DNA of 64,000 nt from Candidatus Colimorpha pelethequi (GTDB lineage Bacteria; Bacteroidota; Bacteroidia; Bacteroidales; P3). Below, piece by piece: positions 1 to 8,596 of this stretch (position 1 is its first letter; each line of letters begins with the position of its first letter). Both the position numbers and the translations under genes were made by a program. The notes beneath the pieces were generated by a model. That model had not been told where the DNA came from. It was given only the letters and a program-made list of their open reading frames with translations, and did no database searches. The stretch is taken from positions 42,078-106,077 of the forward strand of contig JAGHVO010000004.1 in the NCBI GenBank assembly GCA_018064245.1. Direction: 5' to 3'.

Positions 1-81
1 GTCGCCTACGGCAAAAAGTGCGCTGCCCGCAATCAGCAGCATGTACGCAAAGATTTCTTGTTTGAATTTAGCTTTGTCCAT
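1..81 (-). CDS. 5' end of a membrane-protein gene running off the left edge (YitT-like N-terminus, tentative)
   Basis: Reverse-strand ATG at 79-81. Translation MDKAKFKQEIFAYMLLIAGSALFAVGD is a basic head followed by a TM helix. Only 27 codons are visible. Confidence 0.3.
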   Translation of the reverse strand, partial: MDKAKFKQEIFAYMLLIAGSALFAVGD

Positions 82-178
82 TCTTTTGTAATTCTTTGTT
101 ATTCAGTAAATAATAGTAAAATAGCATACGCAAATGCTTTTGCAAAGTTACGAAAATATTGCGGATGTCCAAATAGGC

Positions 179-649
179 TTAGTTACTATTATGTGATGGT
201 TTATTGGGTCGGGAAAGTATGATTAAAAACAATATGACTAAAATGCATATTGATAGTAGATTAGGAACGTCGAAAGCCCAAAAGGCAAACTTTCGATTGA
301 CATTTAGGTTTCTGGTTAAAAGATCGAAAATTCCACTATACATTTGCGTCGTTATGGCTCCGACAATCAATATGAGCAAAATTGTCTTGCAAGGGATATT
401 GACATTCTTTCCCCATAAAAGGAATGCCAAAAACAGAGAGGCGCATAGTATTAGTACATCTGTCGTGAATATGGGTGGATCAAACCGATGCATATTAAAA
501 GAATAGATTATTACGCCGATTTTTGCCAAGAATACATATAGGCAAATGAATGTACATAATATTCTAAGAAACAGTTTTCGATTAGGTCGCATAAAAAAAA
601 GCGCTTTTATGTTTGTCCTTTTATTCCTTCGTTGTTGAATGTCAATCAA
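179..649 (-). CDS. hypothetical multi-pass membrane protein, last gene of the ECF sigma operon
   Basis: 156-aa ORF with several hydrophobic helices. It starts 6 nt after the stop of the upstream ORF. Confidence 0.55.
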   Translation of the reverse strand: MIDIQQRRNKRTNIKALFFMRPNRKLFLRILCTFICLYVFLAKIGVIIYSFNMHRFDPPIFTTDVLILCASLFLAFLLWGKNVNIPCKTILLILIVGAITTQMYSGIFDLLTRNLNVNRKFAFWAFDVPNLLSICILVILFLIILSRPNKPSHNSN

Positions 650-655
650 AGCGCA

Positions 656-1291
656 TCATTTCTCCATTTCTTTGAGTTCTTTGATGTCGGAAAGCAGCGT
701 ACTGATTGTCTTGTTCTCCTTCTTGGACATTTTTATACTTATGATGATGCACACAATACTAATGAATACGCAAACTCCTATGTTGTACAATGCGCCTCCA
801 ATGCCAGGTCCGCCGCTAAATGCATCTGTCTTTACTACCCAAAACAGCAACAATGGCAAACCGATGATGACCATTGGTACACGGTATTTTTTCTTCTTTT
901 TTTTCTCTTGATAAAGCTTGTACGACTCTATCTTTTCCTGAGCCGTGAGGAGGTCGAGTTCCGCCAGTTTGTGTAGGTTGAACTGTTTCCGAAGCAATAT
1001 CCAATCCCATATAAAGTACCCCAGTATGGCAAAGTCAAGCAAGAGGCTAATGCCCCTGTCGATAGTAAGCTCATCAAGAAGGATGAAAAATCCACCGATG
1101 AACATCACGGCAAGAATGATGATGCATCTCAGGTTTATGCGCATCTTGCGCTTGAAATAGGTGGTGCTTTCTGCTACCGATTCGCGCAGTCGGTTCTCGT
1201 GAAAGGTGGTTCGTATTTCCACCTGTTGCTTCAATTCCCGTAGTTGCTCTTTCATTTCCAGCAACTCGTTGGTTGTAATCTGTTCTTCCAT
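656..1291 (-). CDS. hypothetical membrane protein with N-terminal coiled coil (candidate anti-sigma partner)
   Basis: 211-aa ORF, 5 nt downstream of the ECF sigma gene. It has charged heptad-like N- and C-termini and 4 predicted TM helices. Confidence 0.6.
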   Translation of the reverse strand: MEEQITTNELLEMKEQLRELKQQVEIRTTFHENRLRESVAESTTYFKRKMRINLRCIIILAVMFIGGFFILLDELTIDRGISLLLDFAILGYFIWDWILLRKQFNLHKLAELDLLTAQEKIESYKLYQEKKKKKKYRVPMVIIGLPLLLFWVVKTDAFSGGPGIGGALYNIGVCVFISIVCIIISIKMSKKENKTISTLLSDIKELKEMEK

Positions 1292-1296
1292 TGCGT

Positions 1297-1833
1297 CTAT
1301 TTATTTGATGGGTTGTTCATTTGTTTCAGTTGCTCCCTGATTCGAGTCAGTCGGGCGCCGACATTCGTGGCGGAGATGCCGATGATGGAGCCAATTTCAT
1401 CGTAGGGGAGGTCTTCGAGCCAAAGCAGCATCAATGCCCTGTCGAACGGTCCAAGCTGTTTTATCCGCTCATGCAACATCTCGTACTGACGTGCGGCGAC
1501 GGCTCCGTCATCCTCGGATTGTAATAGTTGAGGATCCAACTCCACAAGATAGCCAGTGGTATGCTTGCATTGCCTATCAAAGGAAATGCAGGTGTTCATG
1601 CACACGCGGTAGAGCCAGGTCCGAATGTCGCTTCTGCCTTCAAACCCATCAAACCCTTTCCATAGGTTTATCAGGCACTCCTGCACCATATCATCTACCA
1701 GGCTTTTGTCGTCCGCAAATAGGAGGCACAACGAATAGATGGTACTTTTCTCCCGCTTGACAAGCTGTGAAAAGGACGCTTCCTTTTGTTTTGTGTCGGT
1801 TGGTTTCATAAACGCTTTTTGATGCTCTTTCAA
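1297..1833 (-). CDS. RNA polymerase sigma-70 factor, ECF subfamily
   Basis: Region 2-like DDMVQECLINLWKGFDGFEGRSDIRTWLYRVCMNTCISF and region 4 HTH LPYDEIGSIIGISATNVGARLTRIREQLK. Confidence 0.9.
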   Translation of the reverse strand: MKEHQKAFMKPTDTKQKEASFSQLVKREKSTIYSLCLLFADDKSLVDDMVQECLINLWKGFDGFEGRSDIRTWLYRVCMNTCISFDRQCKHTTGYLVELDPQLLQSEDDGAVAARQYEMLHERIKQLGPFDRALMLLWLEDLPYDEIGSIIGISATNVGARLTRIREQLKQMNNPSNK

Positions 1834-2108
1834 ATTGTCTCTGTTATTAGACGCAAAGTTCTTCTATTCCTTACACTTTTTTGAAAAAATATTTTAGGGG
1901 TTGAAAATTAAAAAATAGCACAGAAAATGAATGGTTTTCCGTTTCCTGTGCAGATTTCATAAGAATGGCCGTCTTGATGGAGGACTATTGTTGTTGTCTA
2001 ATAAAATTGCAAGCCTTCTTCATAATGCTATTGATTTGAAAAAGGCTTGGTTCCGTTTGGGTTCGATTTTGTCAGACGATTTGCGTAATTGTCTGACATT
2101 GTGCTTTG

Positions 2109-2181
2109 AGCGACAAACGGGGCTCGAACCCGCGACCTGCGGCTTGGGAAGCCGCCGCTCTGCCAACTGAGCTATTGTCGC
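2109..2181 (-). tRNA. tRNA-Gly (anticodon CCC)
   Basis: Reverse complement GCGACAATAGCTCAGTTGGCAGAGCGGCGGCTTCCCAAGCCGCAGGTCGCGGGTTCGAGCCCCGTTTGTCGCT folds as a 73-nt cloverleaf. It has a perfect 7-bp acceptor stem, a TTCGAGC T-loop and the anticodon loop TT-CCC-AA. No CCA is encoded. Confidence 0.9.
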
Positions 2182-2214
2182 AATGTTACTTATAATAACA
2201 TAGAGATGTCTCTT

Positions 2215-3990
2215 TTATTGTGCTTCGGGTGCATTATTTTTGTCGTTTTCTTCGTCCGACTCGGAATCGGCGTTCTTTTTGCTGTTGTCGATGGCTTCGC
2301 TGACATTGATGACATAGTCGCCCAACTTCTCGTAAAGGGCGTACAATGCGCTGTATGCGGAGCCGATGGCATAGTCATACACACCCAGTTTCAGTGCGTC
2401 CAAGTGTCGCGAACGCAGTTGGTCGCGGTAGAGGTTGATGGATTTCTCTGCTTCGTAGGCGGCGTCGAGGTCAATCTTGCTGTAGTCGGTGTTGAGGTTG
2501 TTGTCCATCACTTGCAACGACTGCTGCACCAAAGAGGTCATGTGGGCGAGGTTGTCGTTGAGACCTTGGTCGAAATGCACTGCCGTCTCGCGCTTGTTTT
2601 TGCGCGTCATGGCAATCTGGTAGATGGTGTCGCCGATGCTTTCGAGGTTGTCCACGATACGGAGCATGGAACTGATGCGCTGCGAACCCTCTTTCGAGAG
2701 GTCTCCTTCTGAAATCTTGGTGAGGAATTTCGCAATCTCCATTTCCATACGGTCTGTGATGCCTTCGTATTTCTCGATGCGGGCTACGATGTTGTTAAAC
2801 TCTTCGTCGTCCTTAGCGGTGCGTAGTGGGGGAAGAAATGTGTACATGCGCAGCACGCGCTTTGAGAAGGTCTCTATTTCCTTGCGTGCCGATTCCATGT
2901 TCAGCTCTGCGGTGTTCATCCAACCACCAGAGATGTAGGTCAGGCGGAACTCGTCTTCGGCATCTTCGTCCTTGGGTTTCACCATCCAGTTTACCACCTT
3001 GCAGAAAGTGGGAATGAAGAAGGAGAGCACGATGGTGTTGGCTACATTGAAGAAGGTGTGGAAAATGGTAATAGACAAGGGAATGACGGATGCGGCCTTT
3101 TGGGAATCAATGTCGTATGGACTGATGCCTTTCCAACTTTCTGTCATGTGGGCAATCAGGTTCATTTCGGGATGGAAGATGATCAGCGTGAGGATAGTGC
3201 CTACCATGTTGAACACAAAATGGGCGCGAGCGGCTTTCTTGCCTTCGGTGTTCGCCACCATGGCGGCGATGTTGGCGGTCAACGTGGTGCCGATATTCTG
3301 TCCCATGATGATGGCTACGGCCACGTCGAAACCAATCCAACCGTTGGCGGTCATTACCAAGGTAATTGCCATCACCGCCGAAGATGCTTGGATAAGAACT
3401 GTAAGCAGTGCGCCTACGATGATGAAAATCAGGATAGACCAAAATCCGTAGTCACCCCAACGACCCATGGCCTCCAATATGGCGGGGTTTTGGCTGAGGT
3501 CGGGCATTGCATCTTGCAAGAACTGCAATCCGATGAGCAACAAACCAAATCCGATAATGAACTCGCTGATTGACTTCATTTTGTCCTTCTTCATGAGCAT
3601 GAAGGGCGCGGCAATGGCGATGATTACCAGCGGGAAGAGGAATTTCTCGCCACCGCCTCCCATGCCGAGGAGGATGATCCATGAGGTTACCGTGGTGCCG
3701 ATGTTGGCACCCATCACTACGGCTATGGCGCCGGCAAGGGTCAAGAGTCCGCTGTTGACGAAGCTCACCACCATTACTGTCGTTGCCGTAGAGGACTGGA
3801 TGGCGGCGGTTACGGCAGTACCAGTAAGGATTCCGCTCACGGGATTGCCTGTCATCTTGCCCAGAATGTTGCGCATTTTGTTGCCGGCAACTTTCTGCAA
3901 TCCTTCACTCATCAATTTCATGCCGTAGATGAAGACAACTACGGCACCCGTAAATTTGATGACAATCAATAATATATCATAAAAGTTCAT
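2215..3990 (-). CDS. Na/Pi cotransporter family protein (NptA-type) with C-terminal PhoU-like domain
   Basis: 591 aa. Duplicated Na/Pi cotransporter motifs (AAIQSSTATTVM, LIQASSAVMAITLV) and a helical PhoU-like C-terminal third. Confidence 0.9.
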   Translation of the reverse strand: MNFYDILLIVIKFTGAVVVFIYGMKLMSEGLQKVAGNKMRNILGKMTGNPVSGILTGTAVTAAIQSSTATTVMVVSFVNSGLLTLAGAIAVVMGANIGTTVTSWIILLGMGGGGEKFLFPLVIIAIAAPFMLMKKDKMKSISEFIIGFGLLLIGLQFLQDAMPDLSQNPAILEAMGRWGDYGFWSILIFIIVGALLTVLIQASSAVMAITLVMTANGWIGFDVAVAIIMGQNIGTTLTANIAAMVANTEGKKAARAHFVFNMVGTILTLIIFHPEMNLIAHMTESWKGISPYDIDSQKAASVIPLSITIFHTFFNVANTIVLSFFIPTFCKVVNWMVKPKDEDAEDEFRLTYISGGWMNTAELNMESARKEIETFSKRVLRMYTFLPPLRTAKDDEEFNNIVARIEKYEGITDRMEMEIAKFLTKISEGDLSKEGSQRISSMLRIVDNLESIGDTIYQIAMTRKNKRETAVHFDQGLNDNLAHMTSLVQQSLQVMDNNLNTDYSKIDLDAAYEAEKSINLYRDQLRSRHLDALKLGVYDYAIGSAYSALYALYEKLGDYVINVSEAIDNSKKNADSESDEENDKNNAPEAQ

Positions 3991-4015
3991 GTGGTCGTGT
4001 TTGTATAATGAATTA

Positions 4016-4023
4016 CAAAGATA
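4016..4023 (-). promoter_or_regulatory. candidate Bacteroidota -7 promoter box (TATCTTTG on minus strand) for the Na/Pi transporter gene
   Basis: Plus-strand CAAAGATA is the reverse complement of TAnnTTTG, about 26 nt upstream of the ATG at 3990. Confidence 0.4.
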
Positions 4024-4086
4024 CGATTTTTTGGGATTTTATGTTGTGAAATGATATAAGTTTTTTTATTGGCTAAATACTATAAA

Positions 4087-4113
4087 AAGAGCCGCAGCAT
4101 CGCCGCGGCTCTT
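4087..4113 (-). terminator. rho-independent terminator after pnp
   Basis: Perfect 9-bp stem AAGAGCCGC/GCGGCTCTT with a 9-nt loop, flanked by an A-run (U-run in minus sense). It lies 22 nt downstream of the pnp stop. Confidence 0.6.
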
Positions 4114-4134
4114 TTCAAAATCTAATGAAGGTGA

Positions 4135-6402
4135 TTAGTCTCTGTGACGGTCGCCACCGGAACGACGGCGGTCGTCGCCTTCACGACGGGGACCATGGCC
4201 GTTGCCGCCTTCGCGACGCGGACCGTGGTTGTTGCCGCCATTGCCGCCTTCACGACGGGGACGAGGAGCTTCTTCCACATAGCCTTCTGGTTTGGGAAGC
4301 AATGCGCGGTGGCTGAGCTTCAGCTTGCCGGTCTTCTCGTCAATAGCGATGATTTTCACCTGTACTTCGTCGCCTACGTTCAATACGCCTTCCAAAGTCT
4401 CGGTGCGCTTCCAGTCGTATTCGCTGATGTGCATCAAGCCCTCTTTGCCAGGAAGGAATTCGAGGAAAGCACCAAACTCGACGATGCTGACCACCTTGGC
4501 GTCATAGACCTGTCCCACTTCGGGAACGGTGCAGATTTCCTTGACCCATTTGAGGGCGACCTCGATGGACTCTTTGTCGGGTGAAGCGATGTCAACGACT
4601 CCCACTTCGCCTTTCTCTTCGATATTGATGATGGTGTTGGTCTCTTTCTGGATTTTCTGGATGACTTCGCCGCCCTTGCCAATAACGGCACCGATGAAAT
4701 CTTTGGGAATCTCAATCTGGACGATGCGGGGCACGAAGGGTTTGTAGTCCTCGCGAGGAGCGGGGATGGTGCTCTCGATATGGTCGAGGAGGTAGAGACG
4801 ACCTTGGCGAGCCTGTTCGAGGGCCTTGGCCAAAACGTCGTAGCTCAAGCCGTCAACCTTGATATCCATCTGGCAAGCGGTGATACCGTCGCGGGTACCC
4901 GTTACCTTGAAGTCCATGTCGCCGAGGTGGTCTTCGTCGCCCAAGATGTCGCTCAAAACCACCCATTTTTCGCCCTTGGAAATCATACCCATGGCGATGC
5001 CGGCAACCGGCTTGCGAATCTTGACGCCGGCGTCCATAAGTGCAAGACAACCAGCGCAGACGGTAGCCATAGAGGAGGAACCGTTGGATTCGAGAATGTC
5101 GGAAACTACGCGGATAGTGTAGGGACATTCGTTCTCTGAGGGCAAAACCTCTTTGAGGGCACGCCATGCCAAGTGACCGTGGCCCACCTCACGGCGGCTA
5201 AGTCCGCGGTTGCCTTTCACCTCACCGGTAGCGAAGCCGGGGAAGTTGTAGTGCAGGAGGAAACGGCTGGTGCCTTCAACTACGGCACCGTCGATAATCT
5301 GCTCGTCGAGCTTGGTGCCGAGAGTTACGGTGCTCAAAGACTGGGTCTCGCCACGGGTGAAAATGGCAGAACCGTGAGCCGAGGGCAAATAGTTTACTTC
5401 GCTCCAAAGAGGACGGATTTCTTCGGGTTTGCGGCCGTCGAGGCGCACCTTCTCTGCCAACACCATGTCGCGCATGGCTTCGCGCTCGGTGTCGTGGTAG
5501 TAGCGGTCAATCATGAATTTCACGTCGTCGGTGAGAGTCTCTTCGGTATAGTTGGCTTCGATGAATTCCTGTTTGATGGCCTCGAAACCTTCTTCACGCA
5601 TTTGCTTGTTGGCGATGCCCTGCTTTGCGAAATCGTAGCATTTCTGGTAGCAGTTGTCGTGGATGCGCTGACGGAGTTCTTCGTCGTTCACCTCGTGGCA
5701 GTATTCGCGTTTCTCGGTCTTGCCGGCCTCAACGGTCAGCTCGGCGATGGCGCGGCACTGGATGCGGATGGCTTCGTGTGCGGCCTTGAGGGCGTTGAGC
5801 ATCACCTCTTCGCTTACCTCTTTCATCTCGCCTTCCACCATCATGATGTTCTCGTCGGTAGCGGCAACGATGAGGTCGAGATCTGCGTTTTCGATGTCCT
5901 GTGCGGGAGTGTTGATGATGTATTCACCATTGAGATAGGATACGCGAACCTCGGAAACGGGACCGTTGAAAGGGATATCGGATACTGCCAATGCCGAAGC
6001 GGCTGCCAAAGCGGCAAGTTGGTCGGGCATGGTGTTCTTGTCGCCCGAGATAAGGGTAATCTGAACCTGCACTTCAGCGTGGAAGTTGTCGGGGAAAAGA
6101 GGACGCAATGCGCGGTCCACCAAGCGGGCAATCAAAATCTCATGCTCGGAAGGACGTGCTTCGCGCTTGAAAAAACCACCAGGGAATTTGCCCATGGCGG
6201 CGTATTTTTCTTGGTAGTCAACGGTAAGAGGCATAAAATCGACATTTTCTCCCACTTCGCGCTTGGAACATACGGTGGCAAGAAGCATAGTGTCGTTCAT
6301 GCGGACGACAGCAGCGCCGTCGGCCTGTTTGGCGAGTTTGCCAGTTTCAATTTCAATCATGCGGCCGTCGCCGAGATCGAATCTTTTGGTGATGATGTTC
6401 AT
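4135..6402 (-). CDS. pnp: polyribonucleotide nucleotidyltransferase (PNPase) with Arg/Gly-rich C-terminal tail
   Basis: [14 protein letters not shown] start, two RNase PH domains, KH ([21 protein letters not shown]) and S1 ([21 protein letters not shown]). The ORF-track start at 6465 adds 21 non-conserved residues, so the ATG at 6402 is preferred. Confidence 0.95.
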   Translation of the reverse strand: MNIITKRFDLGDGRMIEIETGKLAKQADGAAVVRMNDTMLLATVCSKREVGENVDFMPLTVDYQEKYAAMGKFPGGFFKREARPSEHEILIARLVDRALRPLFPDNFHAEVQVQITLISGDKNTMPDQLAALAAASALAVSDIPFNGPVSEVRVSYLNGEYIINTPAQDIENADLDLIVAATDENIMMVEGEMKEVSEEVMLNALKAAHEAIRIQCRAIAELTVEAGKTEKREYCHEVNDEELRQRIHDNCYQKCYDFAKQGIANKQMREEGFEAIKQEFIEANYTEETLTDDVKFMIDRYYHDTEREAMRDMVLAEKVRLDGRKPEEIRPLWSEVNYLPSAHGSAIFTRGETQSLSTVTLGTKLDEQIIDGAVVEGTSRFLLHYNFPGFATGEVKGNRGLSRREVGHGHLAWRALKEVLPSENECPYTIRVVSDILESNGSSSMATVCAGCLALMDAGVKIRKPVAGIAMGMISKGEKWVVLSDILGDEDHLGDMDFKVTGTRDGITACQMDIKVDGLSYDVLAKALEQARQGRLYLLDHIESTIPAPREDYKPFVPRIVQIEIPKDFIGAVIGKGGEVIQKIQKETNTIINIEEKGEVGVVDIASPDKESIEVALKWVKEICTVPEVGQVYDAKVVSIVEFGAFLEFLPGKEGLMHISEYDWKRTETLEGVLNVGDEVQVKIIAIDEKTGKLKLSHRALLPKPEGYVEEAPRPRREGGNGGNNHGPRREGGNGHGPRREGDDRRRSGGDRHRD

Positions 6403-6483
6403 TTGTTTTCCTTTCTTTATTACATCTTTAACATCCGGTCCGACGCACCGCGCGCCAGACCTCATTATTTTTAATTAAAAAAA

Positions 6484-6509
6484 AGACACCCGAGAAGACT
6501 CGAGTGTCT
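6484..6509 (-). terminator. hairpin between rpsO and pnp (terminator/attenuator)
   Basis: 11-bp stem AGACACCCGAG/CTCGAGTGTCT with one mismatch and a 4-nt loop, followed in minus sense by a run of 8 U. Confidence 0.5.
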
Positions 6510-6536
6510 CAACCATAACCAAATAAATATGAAAAA

Positions 6537-6806
6537 CTATTTTCTCAAGTTCAACTCTTTGATGATGGCACGGTAGCGCATAATGTCCGTCTCCTTGAGG
6601 TAGTCGAGCATGCGACGACGTTTGCCAACCAAACCTACCAAAGCGCGCTCTGTTACCTGATCTTTCTTGTTCTGTTTCATCAGTTCGGTGAGGTGCTGAA
6701 TGCGATAGGTGAACAAAGCAATCTGGGATTCTGCAGAACCGCTGTTGTTTGCTGCTTTGCCATATTGAGCAAAAATTTCTTGTTTCTTTTCTTTCGTCAA
6801 ATACAT
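6537..6806 (-). CDS. rpsO: 30S ribosomal protein S15
   Basis: 89 aa, MYLTKEKKQEIFAQYGK...GLVGKRRRMLDYLK is canonical S15. Confidence 0.97.
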   Translation of the reverse strand: MYLTKEKKQEIFAQYGKAANNSGSAESQIALFTYRIQHLTELMKQNKKDQVTERALVGLVGKRRRMLDYLKETDIMRYRAIIKELNLRK

Positions 6807-6843
6807 ATCTTCTTTTCTTCTTTTTTTGTTTTCAAATCGATTG

Positions 6844-6851
6844 CAAAGATA
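6844..6851 (-). promoter_or_regulatory. candidate -7 promoter box (TATCTTTG) for rpsO
   Basis: Plus-strand CAAAGATA lies 38 nt upstream of the rpsO ATG. It matches TAnnTTTG. Confidence 0.45.
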
Positions 6852-7100
6852 CTACATTTTTTTTGAACGGAGCAACCTTTTTTGAAAAAAAAACCACATT
6901 CTTTCTTAAAATATTGACATATAGTTTTGTGTAAAAGTGTTGCAATGTTCTTTTTCTTTTGCGTTCAGTGTTATTTTGCAGTTTTTTTTTGAAGAAAAAT
7001 GCCGTTTAGTGCCTAATGTTTGCCTAAAATCCGATGTGAATCGCTGCGAAATATTCTATTTTGCTTTTGCGGTTAATTTTGTCTTAGTATATTCAATAAA

Positions 7101-7125
7101 AGAGGGTATCGCGTGGATACCCTCT
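7101..7125 (-). terminator. rho-independent terminator after the aminopeptidase gene
   Basis: Perfect 10-bp stem AGAGGGTATC/GATACCCTCT with a 5-nt loop and an A-rich flank (U-rich in minus sense). It lies 10 nt past the stop at 7136. Confidence 0.6.
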
Positions 7126-7135
7126 TGAAGGTGGC

Positions 7136-8527
7136 TTATGCGTTCATGGTTGCTTCGATTTCCTCAACGGTCTTGGGAATGGGCTTGCCCAGGACTCGGC
7201 AGCCGGTTTCAGTGATGAGGATGTCGTCTTCAATGCGGATACCGCCGAAGTCTTTCCATTTCTCCAGTTCGGCGAAGTTGATGAATTCTTTGTTGGTGCC
7301 TTCGGCATTCCATTTGTCGATAAGGGCGGGGATGAAATAGCATCCAGGCTCATCGGTTACCACGAAACCAGGTTGCAGTTTTCTGCCGCAGCGGAGGCTG
7401 CCCAAGCCAAACTGTTCGCTGGGACGAGTCTCGTTGTCGTAGCCTACATTGATTTGGCCGTAGTCTTCCATGTCGTGGACGTCAAGACCCATCATGTGAC
7501 CGAGGCCGTGGGGCATCAACAGTGAGTGGGCACCGTTGGCGACGATGTCGTCGAGGTTGCCTTTCAGTATGCCGAGGTCTTTGTAACCTTGTGCCAATAT
7601 GCGACTTACGGCGGTGTGGACTTCCTGGTAGGTGATGCCGGGGCGGGAGATGCGTATGCATTCGAGTTGGCCGGCAAGGACGATATTGTAGATGGCGCGC
7701 TGACGATCATTGAACTTGCCTCCCACGGGAACGGAACGGGTGATGTCGGAGCAGTAGTTCATGGCGGTTTCGCAACCGGCGTCCATCACCAGCATACGAC
7801 CGGTTTCCAGTTTATGGTCGTGGTTGTGGTTGTGGAGAGTCTCACCGTGGATGGTCATGATTACGGGGAAACTCACGGGACCGTTGCCTTTCCAGGCTTC
7901 GCCCTGCATGAATCCGGCTAGTTCGTATTCGTAGCGGCCGGGCATGGCCATTTTCATTGCTCCAACATGCATGTTGTAGGCTGTGGCGATGGCGCGTTCG
8001 ATTTCCTCAATTTCCTCGCCGCTCTTGATGCTGCGCTGTTTCACGCAGGCGAGGATGAGGTCCATTGAGGCGTAGCTGCGCACGGCGTCGTATTTGATTC
8101 CCAAGAGGGTGCTGAGCTGACGAATGTTATCGGCGCGATAGGGGGGGAGATAGTGGAACTTGGCTTGGTGACTGGCGATCTGGTTGTTGATGAACGCTTG
8201 CAAATCTTTGAGACTGCCGCTGTTCTCTACGCCTACGCTGGCGGCGAGTTCCTTGACGGAGGGCAGCGGGCCGGTCCAGATGATGTCGTTGATGTCGTAG
8301 TCGTTGGCGAAGATGTAGTCCTTGCCGTTGTCGCAGTCGAGCACACCTACGAGGTCTTCACGTTGCAAACCAAAGAAATAGAGAAACGAACTGTCCTGAC
8401 GGAACCAATAGGTGTTGTCGGGATAGTTGCAGGGCGCTTCGTGGTTGCCCTGGATGATGATGATGCCGTGTCCGATGTCTTTACGGAGTTGTTCGCGGCG
8501 TTGGATGTAGGTCGATTTTGGAAACAT
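7136..8527 (-). CDS. Xaa-Pro aminopeptidase (M24B family)
   Basis: 463 aa. Has an aminopeptidase P N-terminal domain and M24 metal-ligand motifs (DAGCE, HGLGHMMGLDVHD, GIRIEDDILITETG). Confidence 0.9.
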   Translation of the reverse strand: MFPKSTYIQRREQLRKDIGHGIIIIQGNHEAPCNYPDNTYWFRQDSSFLYFFGLQREDLVGVLDCDNGKDYIFANDYDINDIIWTGPLPSVKELAASVGVENSGSLKDLQAFINNQIASHQAKFHYLPPYRADNIRQLSTLLGIKYDAVRSYASMDLILACVKQRSIKSGEEIEEIERAIATAYNMHVGAMKMAMPGRYEYELAGFMQGEAWKGNGPVSFPVIMTIHGETLHNHNHDHKLETGRMLVMDAGCETAMNYCSDITRSVPVGGKFNDRQRAIYNIVLAGQLECIRISRPGITYQEVHTAVSRILAQGYKDLGILKGNLDDIVANGAHSLLMPHGLGHMMGLDVHDMEDYGQINVGYDNETRPSEQFGLGSLRCGRKLQPGFVVTDEPGCYFIPALIDKWNAEGTNKEFINFAELEKWKDFGGIRIEDDILITETGCRVLGKPIPKTVEEIEATMNA

Positions 8528-8596
8528 GATTTATAATAGTTAAGGGTTATTATTTAAGAGGATTTCAATGATGGATGTGATTTATATATTATAGTA

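Noticed and set aside
1931-2170. 79-aa plus-strand ORF
   Set aside because: It overlaps the tRNA-Gly gene on the opposite strand and has no coding features.
6403-6465. N-terminal extension of pnp ([21 protein letters not shown])
   Set aside because: Conserved PNPase sequence begins at MNIITKRF (the ATG at 6402). The extension overlaps the rpsO-pnp leader.
5173-6474. 433-aa plus-strand ORF
   Set aside because: It is antisense to pnp. The Val/Gly/His-rich translation has no motifs, so it is a shadow ORF.
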